Shown in pieces: positions 26,472 through 41,719 of a DNA stretch of 64,000 bases (position 1 is its first letter; the number at the start of each line of letters is the position of its first letter). The notes beneath the pieces were generated by a model. That model saw nothing but the letters and a program-made list of their open reading frames with translations. It ran no database searches and was not told the DNA's origin. The position numbers and the translations under genes were made by a program. The DNA is from Octopus vulgaris (Eukaryota): assembly GCA_951406725.2 (NCBI GenBank), contig OX597825.1, positions 73,656,001-73,720,000 on the forward strand, in the 5' to 3' direction.

Positions 26472-26574
26472 ATATATAGTATATATAAATACTATATATA
26501 TATATATATAACATATATATATATATATATGTAATATATAGTATATATAAATACAATATATAGTATATATAAAT

Positions 26575-26621
<47 letters not shown>

Positions 26622-26663
26622 TATATATTTGTATGTATGTATGTATGTGTGTGTGTATATCTA

Positions 26664-26734
<71 letters not shown>

Positions 26735-26940
26735 ATAGTTTAAATTTACAGAAAGACAAAAGAGGAAGATAGGTGTATGAACAACATACAGATGTATTAG
26801 TTTGACACTCGGGAAAGTGAGAAGGTGCTTTACGCTTCGAGCTTACGCTCTTCAACAGGAAGGAATATGAGGAAATAAACAGAGAGACAATAAAAAGAAG
26901 AGGCAAAAACAGGAGGAGAATAAAAAAAGAAGAGAGAGAT
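26735..26940 (-). mobile_element. Small TA-embedded element with a degenerate hammerhead-like motif (26828-26862); homologous to 59410-59650
   Basis: Reverse complement: CTGTTGA-A-GAGC-GTAA-GCTC-GAAGC-GTA. Shares CTAATACATCTGT with the 59.5-kb copy. Confidence 0.65.
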
Positions 26941-26944
26941 ATTT

Positions 26945-26990
<46 letters not shown>

Positions 26991-27176
26991 ATATGTATAT
27001 ATATAAATATATATATATGTTAAAATTGAAGAAGCATAGTCCTGAAGAGTCCTGAAAGTGCCTTCGAAATTTCGGCCTGCCCAACTTTCATCGATGAATT
27101 TGTATTCCACAAAAAATTTTGAAGTAATTCTTTAGTTTAATGTAAAATTATTTTTTATTACAACTCTATATAAAAA

Positions 27177-27239
<63 letters not shown>

Positions 27240-27564
27240 TACATATAAACAGATATACACGCCCACACGCATATCATAGATCATTTTATCAAAAAAGTTT
27301 CAAAAGATCCCATCGATTTATAGACAAAATACCAAAACCAATAAAAAAGTCATATCCACACACACACACATACACACACATAAACACGCACCCCCCCCCA
27401 CACACAAGAGCCAGAGATGAGAAAATACGAAAAAGGAAGAAGACAATAAAATCGATTGTTTCACCTCAAATTTGATCAAAGTCGAATGGAATTTCCAACT
27501 AGAGTACATACGGAATGAAAGAGAAAATTCTATAATAACAATAATAATAATAATAATAATAATA

Positions 27565-27621
<57 letters not shown>

Positions 27622-27924
27622 TAAAATTCGATTGGAATATTTGTGAAGCGATATTAATGATTCTATTAATAAGATAGGTATGTAGAATTTGTTCTGATTA
27701 CAATAAAGAAAATGGACATAATTGTTGAGATTTACAGGTAAAATGGATGATCTTTCAGAATATTTTCTTATATGTTCGAAAATTAGTGAAGCTATATACG
27801 TATGTATGTTTTGTTTATGTGTGTATGTGCTTATGTTTCTACGTATATATATATTTATATATAACACGTTTGTTGGTAACACACCCGTCTTCGTCTCGTT
27901 ACTATATATATTACTATATATATA

Positions 27925-27959
<35 letters not shown>

Positions 27960-28596
27960 GTATGTGTGCGTGAGTTTATGTGTGTATATGTGATTATGTA
28001 TATAATGGATGTGTATGTGTTTATGTACTATGTATGTGTGCATTTATATATGCATGTATGTGCGTACATATGTATGTCTGCATGTCTGCGCATGCATTTA
28101 TTCATGTATGCATGCACGTAATTATATATATGTGTGTGTGCATATTTGTATATGAACCTATGTATGCTTGCATGAATGTATGTATATATACCATCATCAT
28201 CTTCATTGTTTAAATATATATATATATATATACATACTAACAAGCGCATGCATGCATCTTAGAGAGAGAGAGAGAGAGAAAGGGAAAGCGTATGTTGTAG
28301 GGAGAGAGGGATATGTATATACAAACATGTATGTATATACATGTATAAATGCACGTGTTTGTCATGTATACACCTACACATATACATAAAAATCGATCGA
28401 TCAATAGATAGATTTATACATACGTATATACCTTGCTGCCTTCCCTCCCAAACCTACCGACTTACCTTCACACCTTCTTAGCAACCTACCTACCTACCTA
28501 CCTATCTACGAACCAACCCACCCACCTATCAAAACTACCCCTCTACCTACCTGCATGTATGCATATACATACACATACATACATACATACCTACAC

Positions 28597-28628
<32 letters not shown>

Positions 28629-28659
28629 TCACAAACATATATATGCAATAGATATACAT

Positions 28660-28712
<53 letters not shown>

Positions 28713-28827
28713 TATATACACATACACACACACACATACACACATATACATATATATATATATGCACATATACATATATACATAAATACTTATACATATA
28801 TATACATACATACATATATGTACACAT

Positions 28828-28872
<45 letters not shown>

Positions 28873-29319
28873 AGCAGCCACACATACAATTTCAAAAATT
28901 TTCATTTCCCACAAGGATTGAAATCATGTTCATTCTCTGGAAGCAGGCAAGATGCAAATTCTTTTGAATATTAAGTTTGGATTTAGCATCGACTGGAAGC
29001 AGAAATCGATGTCAATTATCATAATTTCGAACGATAACACGACAGCTTCTTTTCGCACCCCTCTTCCACCCTCTTTTCCCCGCATACCCCTTACACTTAC
29101 CCCCTCCCCTACCACCACAGCAACTGGATCTTCGCAGCAGACTTTTTGTATGGACTTTCGTTTCCATTATTAAAACTCAAAAAGAAAAAAAGAAAAAGAG
29201 AAAAATTCTCCGAACAGATTCCTAAAAACTAGTTGCTTTTTTAATGCTTCCATGTGCGATTTTTTTCATCACATCACTTCATTTCTTTCTTTCTTTTTTT
29301 CTTTCTTTCTTTCTTTCTC

Positions 29320-29355
<36 letters not shown>

Positions 29356-29455
29356 GCTTTTTTGCTTTCTTTCTTTATTGTTTGTTTGCAGTTCCTCATA
29401 TTTCTAACTTACCACAAACAATAATCCACGTTTTCATTTGAAGTGTGTGTATGTG

Positions 29456-29514
<59 letters not shown>

Positions 29515-29653
29515 ATGTATATACACTCATATATATATATATATATATATATATGAGTGTGTATACATATATATATATGTATGTATGTATGCATACACAC
29601 TCATATATATATATATATATATATATGAGCGTGTATACATATATACATATATA

Positions 29654-29718
<65 letters not shown>

Positions 29719-29732
29719 CGTGTGTGTGTGTA

Positions 29733-29982
29733 TGTGATGGGAGAGACACCTGAAAGAGACTCTTGTTGGGTTTGGAGTGAGACAAAAGAATTAAGCTGGA
29801 TGCCAGGAGGGGATAAAGAACAGTGACTTGGCCACCGCTGCTGACCCACTGACGGGAAGGTAGTACGGTTCAGGGTCGAAACACCCGATGAAATTTGGAT
29901 ACCGTCAGACGACATCAGTTCCTGCAGGTTAAGGCATCATTCACTTTGGTGAATGAATAAAGCACCTCCTTATAAGTGTTAT

Positions 29983-29987
<5 letters not shown>
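29733..29987 (+). mobile_element. Possible solo LTR
   Basis: ~255-bp GC-richer block with TG...CA ends and AATAAA about 25 nt before the 3' end, between microsatellites. Confidence 0.35.
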
Positions 29988-30035
<48 letters not shown>

Positions 30036-30040
30036 GATAG

Positions 30041-30071
<31 letters not shown>

Positions 30072-30167
30072 TTAAATTTAGGGAAGTTATTTCCGAGTCC
30101 ACAGGGGAGAGAAATTCAATTTAGTGATAATAAAATGAATTTCTCACTGTATTATATACAAATATAT

Positions 30168-30865
30168 ATATAGGTTTGAGAGCCAGAACCACCTTCAAGC
30201 ATCTCAAACAACATTGAACGACATTATCTATGATAGATATATATAAGATTAACCTTATATAAAGATATGACAATCAAGATTATAGCTAGAATTCGTCGAA
30301 ATCATTTTTCATTACGAAATAAAGAACAAAAAAAGTAAATACATCTTAAGAACTCTTAAATGTTAATAAGAATTATCTCCCCTACACCGGAGCTCTCAAG
30401 ATTGGATTATACGTAGGAAGCCATGATTGTTTCACGATTTCTATTTCTATTTCGCTTTCTTATTTTTCTAATTTTTATTATTATTATGCTTTATTCCTCA
30501 TTTTTGTTTTTTATTTAGTAATGAAAAATGATTTCGATGATTTCTAGCTGTATAATTTTGATTGTTATGTCTTTATATACGATGTAAGTAGCAAAATAGT
30601 CTTATATAATCCAGACCTGAAGATTGGCAGTATAGTCGGATTAATATGGTATTGAATTTCGAGACCTTCTATTTCAGAAATACCGATAGATATATTGACA
30701 TGAAACGCACGTTGTCTAAATAATTAAATTTAATATATGATTCAGAATAGTAATTGTAGATATTAATTTTGATAAAAGTTAATCTTATATAACTCTATCA
30801 TAGATAATGTCGTTCAATGTTGTTTGAGTTGCTTGAAGGTGGTTCTGGCTCTTAAACCTATATAT
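30168..30865. mobile_element. Inverted-repeat element in (TA)n, Penelope pLTR-like
   Basis: 30168-30256 is inverted relative to 30776-30865, and 30256-30330 relative to ~30500-30578. The hammerhead lies in the part absent from the left arm. Confidence 0.75.
30613..30717 (+). ncRNA. Type I hammerhead ribozyme with long stem II insertion
   Basis: AGAC-CTGAAGA-TTGGCAGTATA...TATATTGACAT-GAAAC-GCAC-GTT-GTCT. 4-bp stem I and near-palindromic stem III. Confidence 0.65.
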
Positions 30866-31394
30866 ATATATATATTTCTTTCTCTGGCGATCATATATCA
30901 GTGTTTATAAACTGGATAATATATTCAACTAAATGCATTCTCTGAACGGGTAAAATATGGGTGGTGAATGGTTAGCGACTTTTTAATCAGTTAGTAGTGT
31001 AATGAATGTAGCTTAGTGAAACATAAGTGGAAATGAGCGGCGAGTACAGGTACACGAGAGGGAGGGCGACGACCGCTGGCATCACCCCACCACCACCACC
31101 ACCACTTGAAGCACGAACATCGCCGCCACCACCGCCACCCTCACCCCCGTCACTACATGTATTTATTCATATGGCACTCTATTGCTTCCTGTATGAAATT
31201 CTGTTAACTGGTGTGCCAACAGACAAGGAGTTACACTTCTACGGGATTGCATAATTTGCAAGAAATATCAAGCGAACCTGTCTTGATTGACACCCTATCC
31301 ATCTTAAATAAAATAAGGTACACATCTGATAATGTAACCCCAGTAATTCTATCCTTTAAAAAATGACAGGATAATACAACAATTGTTATAATAA

Positions 31395-31820
31395 TAATGG
31401 TTTCAAATTTTGGCACTCGGCCAGCAAGTTCGGAGAAGGGGCAAATCAATTTCATTGGACCCCAGTACTCGACTGGTACTTATTTTATCGACCCTTAAAG
31501 GAAAACTGATGAAGTCAACCTCGGTGGAATTTAAACTGAGCAGGAAAAGATGGGCAAAATGTCGATATGCATCTTGCTCAGCATGTTAACGTTTCCTATT
31601 TCTTTATTACCCACAGGGTGCTAAACACAGAGGGGACAAACAAGACGGATTAAGTCGATTACATCGACCCCAGTGCGTAACTGGTACTTAATTTATCGAC
31701 CCCCGAAAAGATGAAAGGCAAAGTCGACCACGGCGGAATATATGAACTCAGAGGTAACGGCAGACGAAATACTGTTAAGCATTTCGCCCGGCGTGCTAAC
31801 GTTTCTGCTAGCTCGCCACC
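31395..31820 (-). mobile_element. SINE family A, younger copy joined to an older copy
   Basis: Two cores, with the head ending CTAGCTCGCCACC at ~31820. Confidence 0.85.
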
Positions 31821-31821
31821 C

Positions 31822-32131
<310 letters not shown>

Positions 32132-32626
32132 TGTTTTGGCATAAAGTTAACAATTTTAGAGGAGGCGAGTAATTCGATTATATCGAACCCAATGTTCAGC
32201 TGGTATTTATTTTATCGAACCCCACAAGTTGAAAGGCAAAGTCGATCACCCACTTGTTAGTAATAGTAGTGTTTGTCTTTGTTTTTAAATCGAAAGCAAC
32301 GACCCCAGAACTTGACTGATATCGCATATCCGGGATACAAGTCGAATTTTTCAGACCAAAATTTACAACCAAGAAAGGTGGGTCGACTTATACACCAAGA
32401 CAACTGAGGGCGGACCATCATTTTTTACGTGAAACGCAGCAGGATTTAGTAAGACAGCAACGATGTTTGAATGTTTATACACTAAACGTTTAGACTATTA
32501 TACATCGATACCATCAACCTGTATGCCTGAAAATACGTAACTTTGTTTTATCGCCTCCAGAACGGATGAGAGTTAAATTTGCCTTCGACGGGATATGAAA
32601 TCAGAACCAGAGGAAAAAAAAAAATG

Positions 32627-32665
<39 letters not shown>

Positions 32666-32777
32666 GCAATAACAAAAAGAAAGAAAAAAAATACTTGACA
32701 GAGTGGGAATAACTAACGCAAAGCAATTTATCAGGATTTTTAACGATTCTGCCAATCCAACGTTCCTATTAGTAGTT

Positions 32778-32852
<75 letters not shown>

Positions 32853-33374
32853 TTGCTGACTGGTTTAAGCATTTCATTGGAAATGGTTTTGAGTAGTAGC
32901 TATTTATCAGATCATTTACCAATTAATTAGACACCTGCTTATTATCTTATCTGCAGCAATATATTTCAGCACTATATTATGTTTTACTTAGTTTTCCATA
33001 CTTACCATAACATTTACTGCTTAATATTACCTATGCTTGTATGCATGCATGTATGTGTGTATGTATGTATGTATGTATGTATGTATGTATGTATGTATGT
33101 ATGTATGTATGTATGTATGTATGTATGTATGTATGCATACATATGTGTGTGTATATATACGCTCTCTTGTTATATGTTTTTACTTTCCTCCTACCTTGCA
33201 TAACATTTGCTATTACACATGTTTCCTCCAATCGAAATAACTAAATTATGTCATCTCTCGCCTCATTATGTTAAATGAATTACTACCAACGTTGGTATTT
33301 CCTGATACGTATGTAAACTGGCAGCCAAATTATATCTGGAATTCTCTATAAATCAGTAACCTAGTAATTATGTC

Positions 33375-34250
33375 TTACAGGCGGGTACATACCTGTGTGG
33401 GTGTAAAGAAGGTCGCTTTAGTGCCACGTGGTGTCTAGTTCAATCCAACACGCTGCGCGGCATCTTGGTTGAATGTCCTTACTTTAGCCACGGCTGGACC
33501 TACCATTCCCTTGTGAGTGAATTTGATAGACGGAAGCCATGTGGAAGACCGTCGAGGGCGCAAGTGTCTTCTGCTATCGTCTCCAAGCCGATTTAATCCC
33601 TTTGCCTGTCCCTGTTTGTCCCCTCTATGTTTAGCCCCTTGTGGGCAATAAAGAAATAAGAAACGTTAGCACGCCGGGCGAGATGCTAAGCGGTATTTTG
33701 TCTATCTTTACGTTCTGATTTCAAATTCCGCCGAGATCGACTTTGCCTTTCATCTTTTCGGGGTCGATAAATTAAGTACCAGTTGCGTACAGGGGTCGAT
33801 CTAATCGACTAGCCCTCTTCCTCAGAATTTCGGGCCTTATGCCTAGAATAGAAAAGAATCGTTAGCACGCCGGTCGAAATGCATAGCGGTGTTTTGCCTG
33901 TTCTGAGTTGAAATTCCGCCACGGTCGACTTTGCTTTTCATCCTTTCGGGGACGATAAGATAAATGCGAGTTGAGCACTGGGGTCGATATAATCGACTTA
34001 CTACTTTCCCTGAAATTGCTGGCCTTGTGACAAAATTTGAAATCATTATTATAAGATGCCAAATGTGCAACGATCGGTAGAGCGTCGGATAAAAGTGCTT
34101 TTGTTCCGGTTCTTTACAATCTGAGTTCAAATCCAGCCGAGGTCAACTTTTCCTTTTCCCCCTTTCAGGATCGATATAATAAAGTACTGGACTTGGTGGT
34201 GCCGACTAATCTTAATCTCATCGAAATCTTTAAGCAAGCGCCTAAATCAG
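33375..34250 (+). mobile_element. SINE cluster: diverged family B head followed by several family A units
   Basis: Family A cores at ~33720, ~33910 and ~34125. Confidence 0.85.
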
Positions 34251-35689
34251 AAAATATGTTTCTAGCTGATTTTTTAAAATATCAATAAAATTATACTCAG
34301 CTACAAGTGAGAATTTATTGATTTGGATATTGTCACCATAACAACAACAACAACAACAACAACGATTGCATCAATAGCAGCAACAACAACGAGAACAATT
34401 AAAAAATGATAAATTCGTTATGATAATTAATAATTGTTAACATCTCTTTTCTTTGCATTCAGTTAAAATGTGAATGTTCTAAATCTGTCATGAAGTATCT
34501 GTCGGAGCTTATACGATCCGCAGAGAAATTTAAAAGGAAAAAACAAACAGCAAAAAAACTCCACCATTTTGTTTTTTTTCCTTCTGTCTGCTATTTTCTC
34601 TTCTCTGGTTACTAAAAGTAACTTCTTTGTTGATGCGACACCAAAATTCAAAAATAAAGACTTACAGAAAACGATTTTTAATGAAATTAATTCAAACATT
34701 TGTGAGAAGATAACGTTATTTTTTGACTTCGGTTTAGCAATCGTTGCCAAAGTGGCGGACAGACAATAATATCAGAGTTAGCGTCTCACATGTGTTGAAT
34801 CACAAGAACACATGTTTCTCCAACTGAAGGAAATCCATCCTCCTCTCAACTCCGCGCTGCACCGTCTATTTGGTGCTGATTCTTGTTTCGTAAATTTACC
34901 TTTTTCTAGGACTGACGAGTAGATGACGTCCCTATTTTGGTATCTAGTCGAGTGAATTTGTCTGATTCGTCACTCTGAGCCTACGAATTGGCAACAGTGC
35001 TTTTTAAGCACCTTTGTGTATTCGTCTCAATGTAGGCTTCTCATAATCGTGACAACTGAAATTGCACTTCACTGAGGGGTGAAATAAAACAGAAACTTGT
35101 CCAATGTGTAAACAGTTGGCACTAAAGACAGGATTTACTCCTATCGGCATTGTTTACATCGTCATCTGATATTATTAGTGTAATTTTATTCGCTTGTTGC
35201 TTTCAAATTTTAAACATCTCTACAAGTAGGTTTTCTTTTACGATACAAATCCATTTCATAATCTTAGTTAATCGAGATATTTCAAACACAGTACGATCTT
35301 ACCGTACACAAGGGCACACATACACACACGCACACATACACGTATGTATATATGTATGTATGCATGTATGAATGTATGCATGCATGTATGTAAGTATGTA
35401 TGTATGCATGTATGTATGTATGCATGTATGTATGTATGTATGTATGTATGTATGTATGTATGTATGTGTGTGTGTGTGTATGTGTCTATATATATACACA
35501 TTCTTATCCAAACATATTAGATGTTTGAATATATTAATGAATAAAGCAGTTTGGTATATATATATATATATAATGAAAATTTTGAAAGATGTACAAGATT
35601 ACACAAACACAAACACACACACACACATGTATATGTATTTATGTATAATAACATGAGATAGATAATTATCAGCTCATTACAGTAGGGGT

Positions 35690-36024
35690 GTGGCTGAAGT
35701 CTTTCGGGGCCAACTACGGAATAGGAAACGACCAACAATGGAAGAATGACTACACCTTCACGAACTCTACTCTTAACCTCGACGGTCAACTTGTATTCTT
35801 GGGAGAAGTGGCTCAAAGAACAGTCAACAGAATTTTACGGGGCAGGGATGCATGTTGTCATTCGAAGGTGGAACATTGCTATTGAGAGAAACGGTGACTA
35901 TGTTGAGAAGCAGGGATGTGATTCACAGAGGACCAGCTTCATTTTGATGTATGATACATGTTCCTGTGCTGGTAATTATAACTGTCCTAAACAAAATGGC
36001 ATTACTTTTTCACTCACCCTCGTA
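35690..36024 (+). pseudogene. Mariner transposon 3' end: transposase C-terminus and right TIR
   Basis: WLKEQSTEFYGAGMHVVIRRWNIAIERNGDYVEK matches the mariner C-terminal motif (FY..GI..L..RW....E.NGDY.E). Ends ATTACTTTTTCACTCACCCTCG|TA. Confidence 0.85.
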
Positions 36025-36069
36025 CAAAGGTAGATTTCTAGACAGATCAAAAGAAAAAAAGGAAAGGTA

Positions 36070-36118
<49 letters not shown>

Positions 36119-36183
36119 TCACATATACATGTGTATGTGTGTTTGTGTATATATATATATATATACATACATATGTATATATA

Positions 36184-36250
<67 letters not shown>

Positions 36251-36338
36251 ATATATGTTTATATTATTATATATACCAATCTCTTCATCTCAGTATAAAT
36301 ATAGTTTTGTATGTATGTGAATACATATATGTGCGTGA

Positions 36339-36377
<39 letters not shown>

Positions 36378-38398
36378 TGCATGTGTGTTTATGTATGTGT
36401 GTGTTTATGTGTGTATGTTTGGAGAGAGAGAGAGAGAGATGAATGGATAGCTGGATATATAGAGATACCATTGGAATCCACTTAGCAGCAATGACACTGA
36501 AAACAGCACTGGAAATAAACAGGAATAGAAAAATAGGATTTTGATTACGGTGAACGGAGCTTCCATGAGCAATTTATAAATTCTCTCTTTCGAGATTGCC
36601 AGTTTAACTTTGAAGGAAAGCAATGTATTATGGATATTCAGAAATATATTTTTGGATCTGTCTTCACAATACTTTCAAATTCACAAATTCTGAGAGCAGG
36701 AATCGTGTCTAACTATGCAATTACATGTTTCAACCATTTCTCACCACGCTTCCGTTCACAGAGAGTACTGGGGACGATTTAATCGACTTCGCTTTCTCAC
36801 TTCTGTAATAATGAATAAATGGAAATTATGCTGGTTTGGAGAATCTGTGTGCTAGATGATCGATTAAACGAAATGTATATCTTATTTAGTCATTGATATG
36901 TAGGGCAATATATGAGGTAGCTGAGTATTCCGCAGAAAATTTATACTCCTAACCTCGACAGCCAACTCGTATTCTTTTACTCTCCGAGTAAAAATCAGTA
37001 TGATACAGTGTTTGAAAAGTATATACAAGGACATACATACATACATACATACATACATACATACATACATACATACATACATACATACATACATACATAC
37101 ATACACACATACATACATACATACATACAGATGAATTCATATACACATGCATACATACATTAATACAACCATACATACATTCACACAGATTAAACCATAC
37201 ATACATATATAAATAGACACACATGCATGCATACATACATATCATCATACATATATACATTCATACAGATAGCTTCATACATACATACATACATACATAC
37301 ATACATACATACACACATACATACATACATACATGCATACATACATACACACATACATACATACATACATACATACATACATACATACATACACATACAT
37401 ACATACATACATACATACAGATACATACATATAACCTTGCCTGGACTTGTGTCTCGGAGGGTAAGTTTCTGGGTGCAATCCCATATATGTATATGTTTAT
37501 ATGCGTGTATATGTGTTTGTATCCATGTCTGTCATACATCCCCCACCCACCGTTTGACAACTGATGTTGGTTTGTTTACCTCCCTCAACCTTGTTGTTCA
37601 GCAAAAGAAACTGTTAGAAAAAGTATTAAGATTTAAAATTAGTGTAAAAATATTGGGGTCAATTTCTCCGACTAAAGCCCTTCCAAGTCTGCAGTCTATT
37701 GACTGAAGCAACACATTAGTGCATTGTAGAAAGAAATAAAGACACATTACATATCGTAGGCCGGGGAAAATTATGGTGAAACCAATATAGGAAAAGAGAG
37801 AAGCCTGTGCTCGAATGTCTTTGATCAAAGATCTGCTAAATAATGGAAAAAGACATAGAAACTGTCCTGGTGTCCAACAGCAATTACAGCAACAACAGCA
37901 ACGACTCTTGTGTTTAACTCAGTTTGAGTAAATTTGCCTTTTAGCGAATACACAGCGCGACACATGTTCAACGTTTCAGTGAATGTTCTCAGACATGTAT
38001 TCTGTTCTTTTGAAATGCCAAAAGCATTTTGTCTAGATCGAAGCTGACCTGGCATATACTTCTGCATGTTCAGTCAAACTCTGGAGATTAGAGATTAGGC
38101 GGATCTAATCATATATAAGATTTAATTTATTGATTCTTATCTATGATGTACAACAAGTAGAATACGAAACCTTGACAAAAAAAGCGGACAATTGATAGCG
38201 ATGTGGTGGCTTGATGCCTTTCTAACAACTGTCTTAAATGCTTTCTTACATTGGAGATGCGCATGATGCCGTTAGATCGCGCTTCAGCCGACTGCAATTT
38301 GGTAGTTGACCACAGTATGTGTGTCTGCATGAACCCTAATTTTGCTTAAACTTCTTGCCTTTCTTCTTCCCCCCTCTCTCTCTTTCTTTCACTCTGTG

Positions 38399-38468
<70 letters not shown>

Positions 38469-39945
38469 TTTGCTGAGTCATTTGAACGACCGTTGAAAAA
38501 ACGTGTTGCAGTATTCGTTCCGGTTTTCTGCGTTCGAAGCTCTAATTCAACCGAAGTCAGCTGTGCTTTTTATTCTTTCAGGGTCGATATATACCAATCC
38601 AGTACTGCGGTCGTGTCTTCTGTTTATTTGCCCTTCATTCTCCCTCGCTCTCCCGCTCGCTTTCTTTCCTCCCGTTAGAAATTATCCATGTTCAACACTT
38701 GAGTGGGATGGGCTGTGGTAAGTTTATCTCGTTGATGCCACAAACACTCCAATAACCGTTGGAGTCTCCACTACTGTATATCTATTTTCAATTTAAACAT
38801 ATTTTCGGACTCTATCACACGCGCACATACATACACTCAAACAATGAGGTTGTGGCCAATAATAACTTCAGTGTGAAGTTTACCTATAAAAAGGCTCTCC
38901 CAAACTTACTCACACTTGGAGCATGAAAGGAGAAATTATCTTGTTTAATCGACATCATAACGTACACATCGCTACAAATATAGACCGGAAATTGCCATTT
39001 CTAGAACGGTCTATTTTCTGACGACATAAATACTATAAACTTTTTAATGAGTTTAATGTTAAAATTAGCTATTTTTGCCAAGACAACACAATTTTGCTAA
39101 TACTGCTCCTCCGCTCCTATTGGATTATGTAGCTGTCGGCTCAGTCTTTCTCTTTAAATAACGTCAGGGGTCCTTTGGAAACATGCTGCGGCTATCTCCA
39201 GTTGCCACCACTGACCTTCTTTTGTCATGTGTTCGTTGCAAATAATGCAGAGCGGAAGCAATGAGATTTTTCCTGCACTAACGAAAATTATTCTCAGATG
39301 ATATACTTTTCTTACAACTGTGTAGAGTCACAATCTAAGAATGAAGGGTGGTGATTTATGCTTCAAACTTACCTCATTTGAATCACATGACCAGCGCACA
39401 TTGTACAAAAAAAACCTACGCTACCATCGAGCAATAGAATGTGACAAAAACGAAGCTTTGAACGATTAAGCAATCGTGATCCCCAAACTCTGAAGTAATT
39501 GCGAATTAAGTCAATCACAATTAATTTACACACACACTACACAAATACAAACACACACTCACACACGCACGCGCGTGTGTGTAAATATACATGAGGAGGC
39601 CTTCTAAAAATCTTTGTGTCTGTGTGGATGTGTACGAATATATAATTAAGCAGACGAACATGTAATTATTTATTAAAGCTGTTCTTTCGATCTCCATCCC
39701 CCCTCCGGTCTGTCACTTTTTACTTCTCTTTCCTTCTCCAGCTTTGTGACAGTACGTTGTTGGATGATCAGCGTAAATAACCTTTACCTATATACATACT
39801 CATACATACATACATACATACATACATACATACATACATACATGCATACATACATACATACATACATACATACATACATACATACATACATGCAAACATG
39901 CACACATACACAAGCTCATGCGTACATATATATATGTATTTGATG

Positions 39946-39987
<42 letters not shown>

Positions 39988-40226
39988 TATATATATATAG
40001 ATATATACATACATACATATACGCATATATACGTATATGTTTGTACACCTATATATATAAGTGCACATATGTATATATTTATGGATATATACGTATATAC
40101 ATACATGCATACACATATATATATATATACATATATATAAATATATGTATGTATGTTTGTAAAATTAGATATATACACATATATATTATACATACACACA
40201 AATACATATATATATATATATGTATG

Positions 40227-40281
<55 letters not shown>

Positions 40282-40699
40282 AGACGCTGTCATAGATGAT
40301 GTTTAGTTGTGTAAAATAATTAAATGAAGGTGTCGGTAATTACTTCCAATTTGACACACTGATGTCAAATTTTACGACGGATAGATGCTGTTACGCACTC
40401 ACACACACACAGACACACACGCACACACACACACACACACACAAGTATACATGCATACATACACAAGCACACACGCGTACACATACACACGTACATCCGT
40501 GATTGTAAAGACGGAGGCCGTTAAGTGAGTAATTCCGATGCTAAGAAGCGTTGACTTTCGCAAGTGAACGTGTTTACATCTTTCAATTAATGAGACTCAA
40601 CGGATTGCTATAATTTATGGAAACTTTGTCAATGTTGGAGGGTGACTTTATTTTTGCTCTCTGGCTGCTAGAAATAGCAGCCGCATCTCTCTCTTATTA

Positions 40700-41128
40700 C
40701 AGTGTTCCCTCGCTACTTCGCCGTTCAACTATCGCGGATTCACGACTTCGCGGATTTTTAAAATATATATATATGAATGCCTAAAATTTTTCATTAAATC
40801 CATTAAAATATTAATAATAAATATTATTTCCTAGTCTAGGAACAACAAAACAAGCGTAAAATAGCAAAAAAGCATATACAGGGGTATTTGAACTTAAGAC
40901 GGGCTGTGATTGGTGCAATGGAGAGAGAGACGACAAATCACAGCTTTCTATTTTGTAATCTGGCCTGTGTAACAGTTACAATCTCTATTTTTTTAAATCT
41001 AAAGTGTTATTGCTTAACAGTTGTCCTTGTTATTAATTGACTACTGTAAATGGGTGGGTTGTTAACAGTACAGGGAGGGTTTTAAAAGTCCAAATACACG
41101 TTAAATAAACACTGTAAATATGGTGTCC
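40700..41128 (+). mobile_element. Tigger/pogo-like non-autonomous DNA transposon, 3'-truncated by a SINE A copy (41130-41325, -)
   Basis: TA|CAGTGTTCCCTCGCTACTTCGCCG...ATCGCGGATTCACGACTTCGCGGATTTTT is a typical Tigger-type terminus. Confidence 0.6.
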
Positions 41129-41719
41129 CAAGATCATTAATTTTGAGGGGAGGGGGCAAGTCGCTTGTATCGACCCCAGTACTTGGCTGGTACTTTAATA
41201 CACCAATCATAAAGCCATAAAAGGCAAAGTTAACTTTGCGAGGATTTGAAGTCAGAAAGGGAAAGAATCGGAAGAAATGACACTAAACATTGTCCGACGA
41301 ACTAACGATTTTGCCATCGCGACGCATTTCCCCGCTGTTATAAATGAAAATGAAAGGCATATTCTTACAATTTATCCGTGAAAAGGTGGGATCGTCACGA
41401 TTAGATTGTCTTTTGATCATTGACAGGTTTCATAAAATGTGACCTGAGTCTAAGCCACAGCGATAACCTGTTGAGCACTTCTACACGAGATAGCCTGTAT
41501 TTGTTATAAATAAGAATCAAATCTCTTCATCTGGTGTAAATAGCAATCGAATCTCTATATCTGCTAGAAATAACAACTAATTCTCTATCTACTACAACCT
41601 ACTGACATATGAAGTGAACATTAGTTAACTTGGTCAGACACATTTGCCAAAAAACAAGATGGTAGATATGATTAAATGCTTCATGGTTCTTTTTGGTTAG
41701 TAGACGTCAGGTTATGTGC

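Noticed and set aside
34908-34995. CTGACGA-GTAG...CTAC-GAAT hammerhead-like string
   Set aside because: GAAA is not intact, and there is no stem I partner or cleavage triplet.
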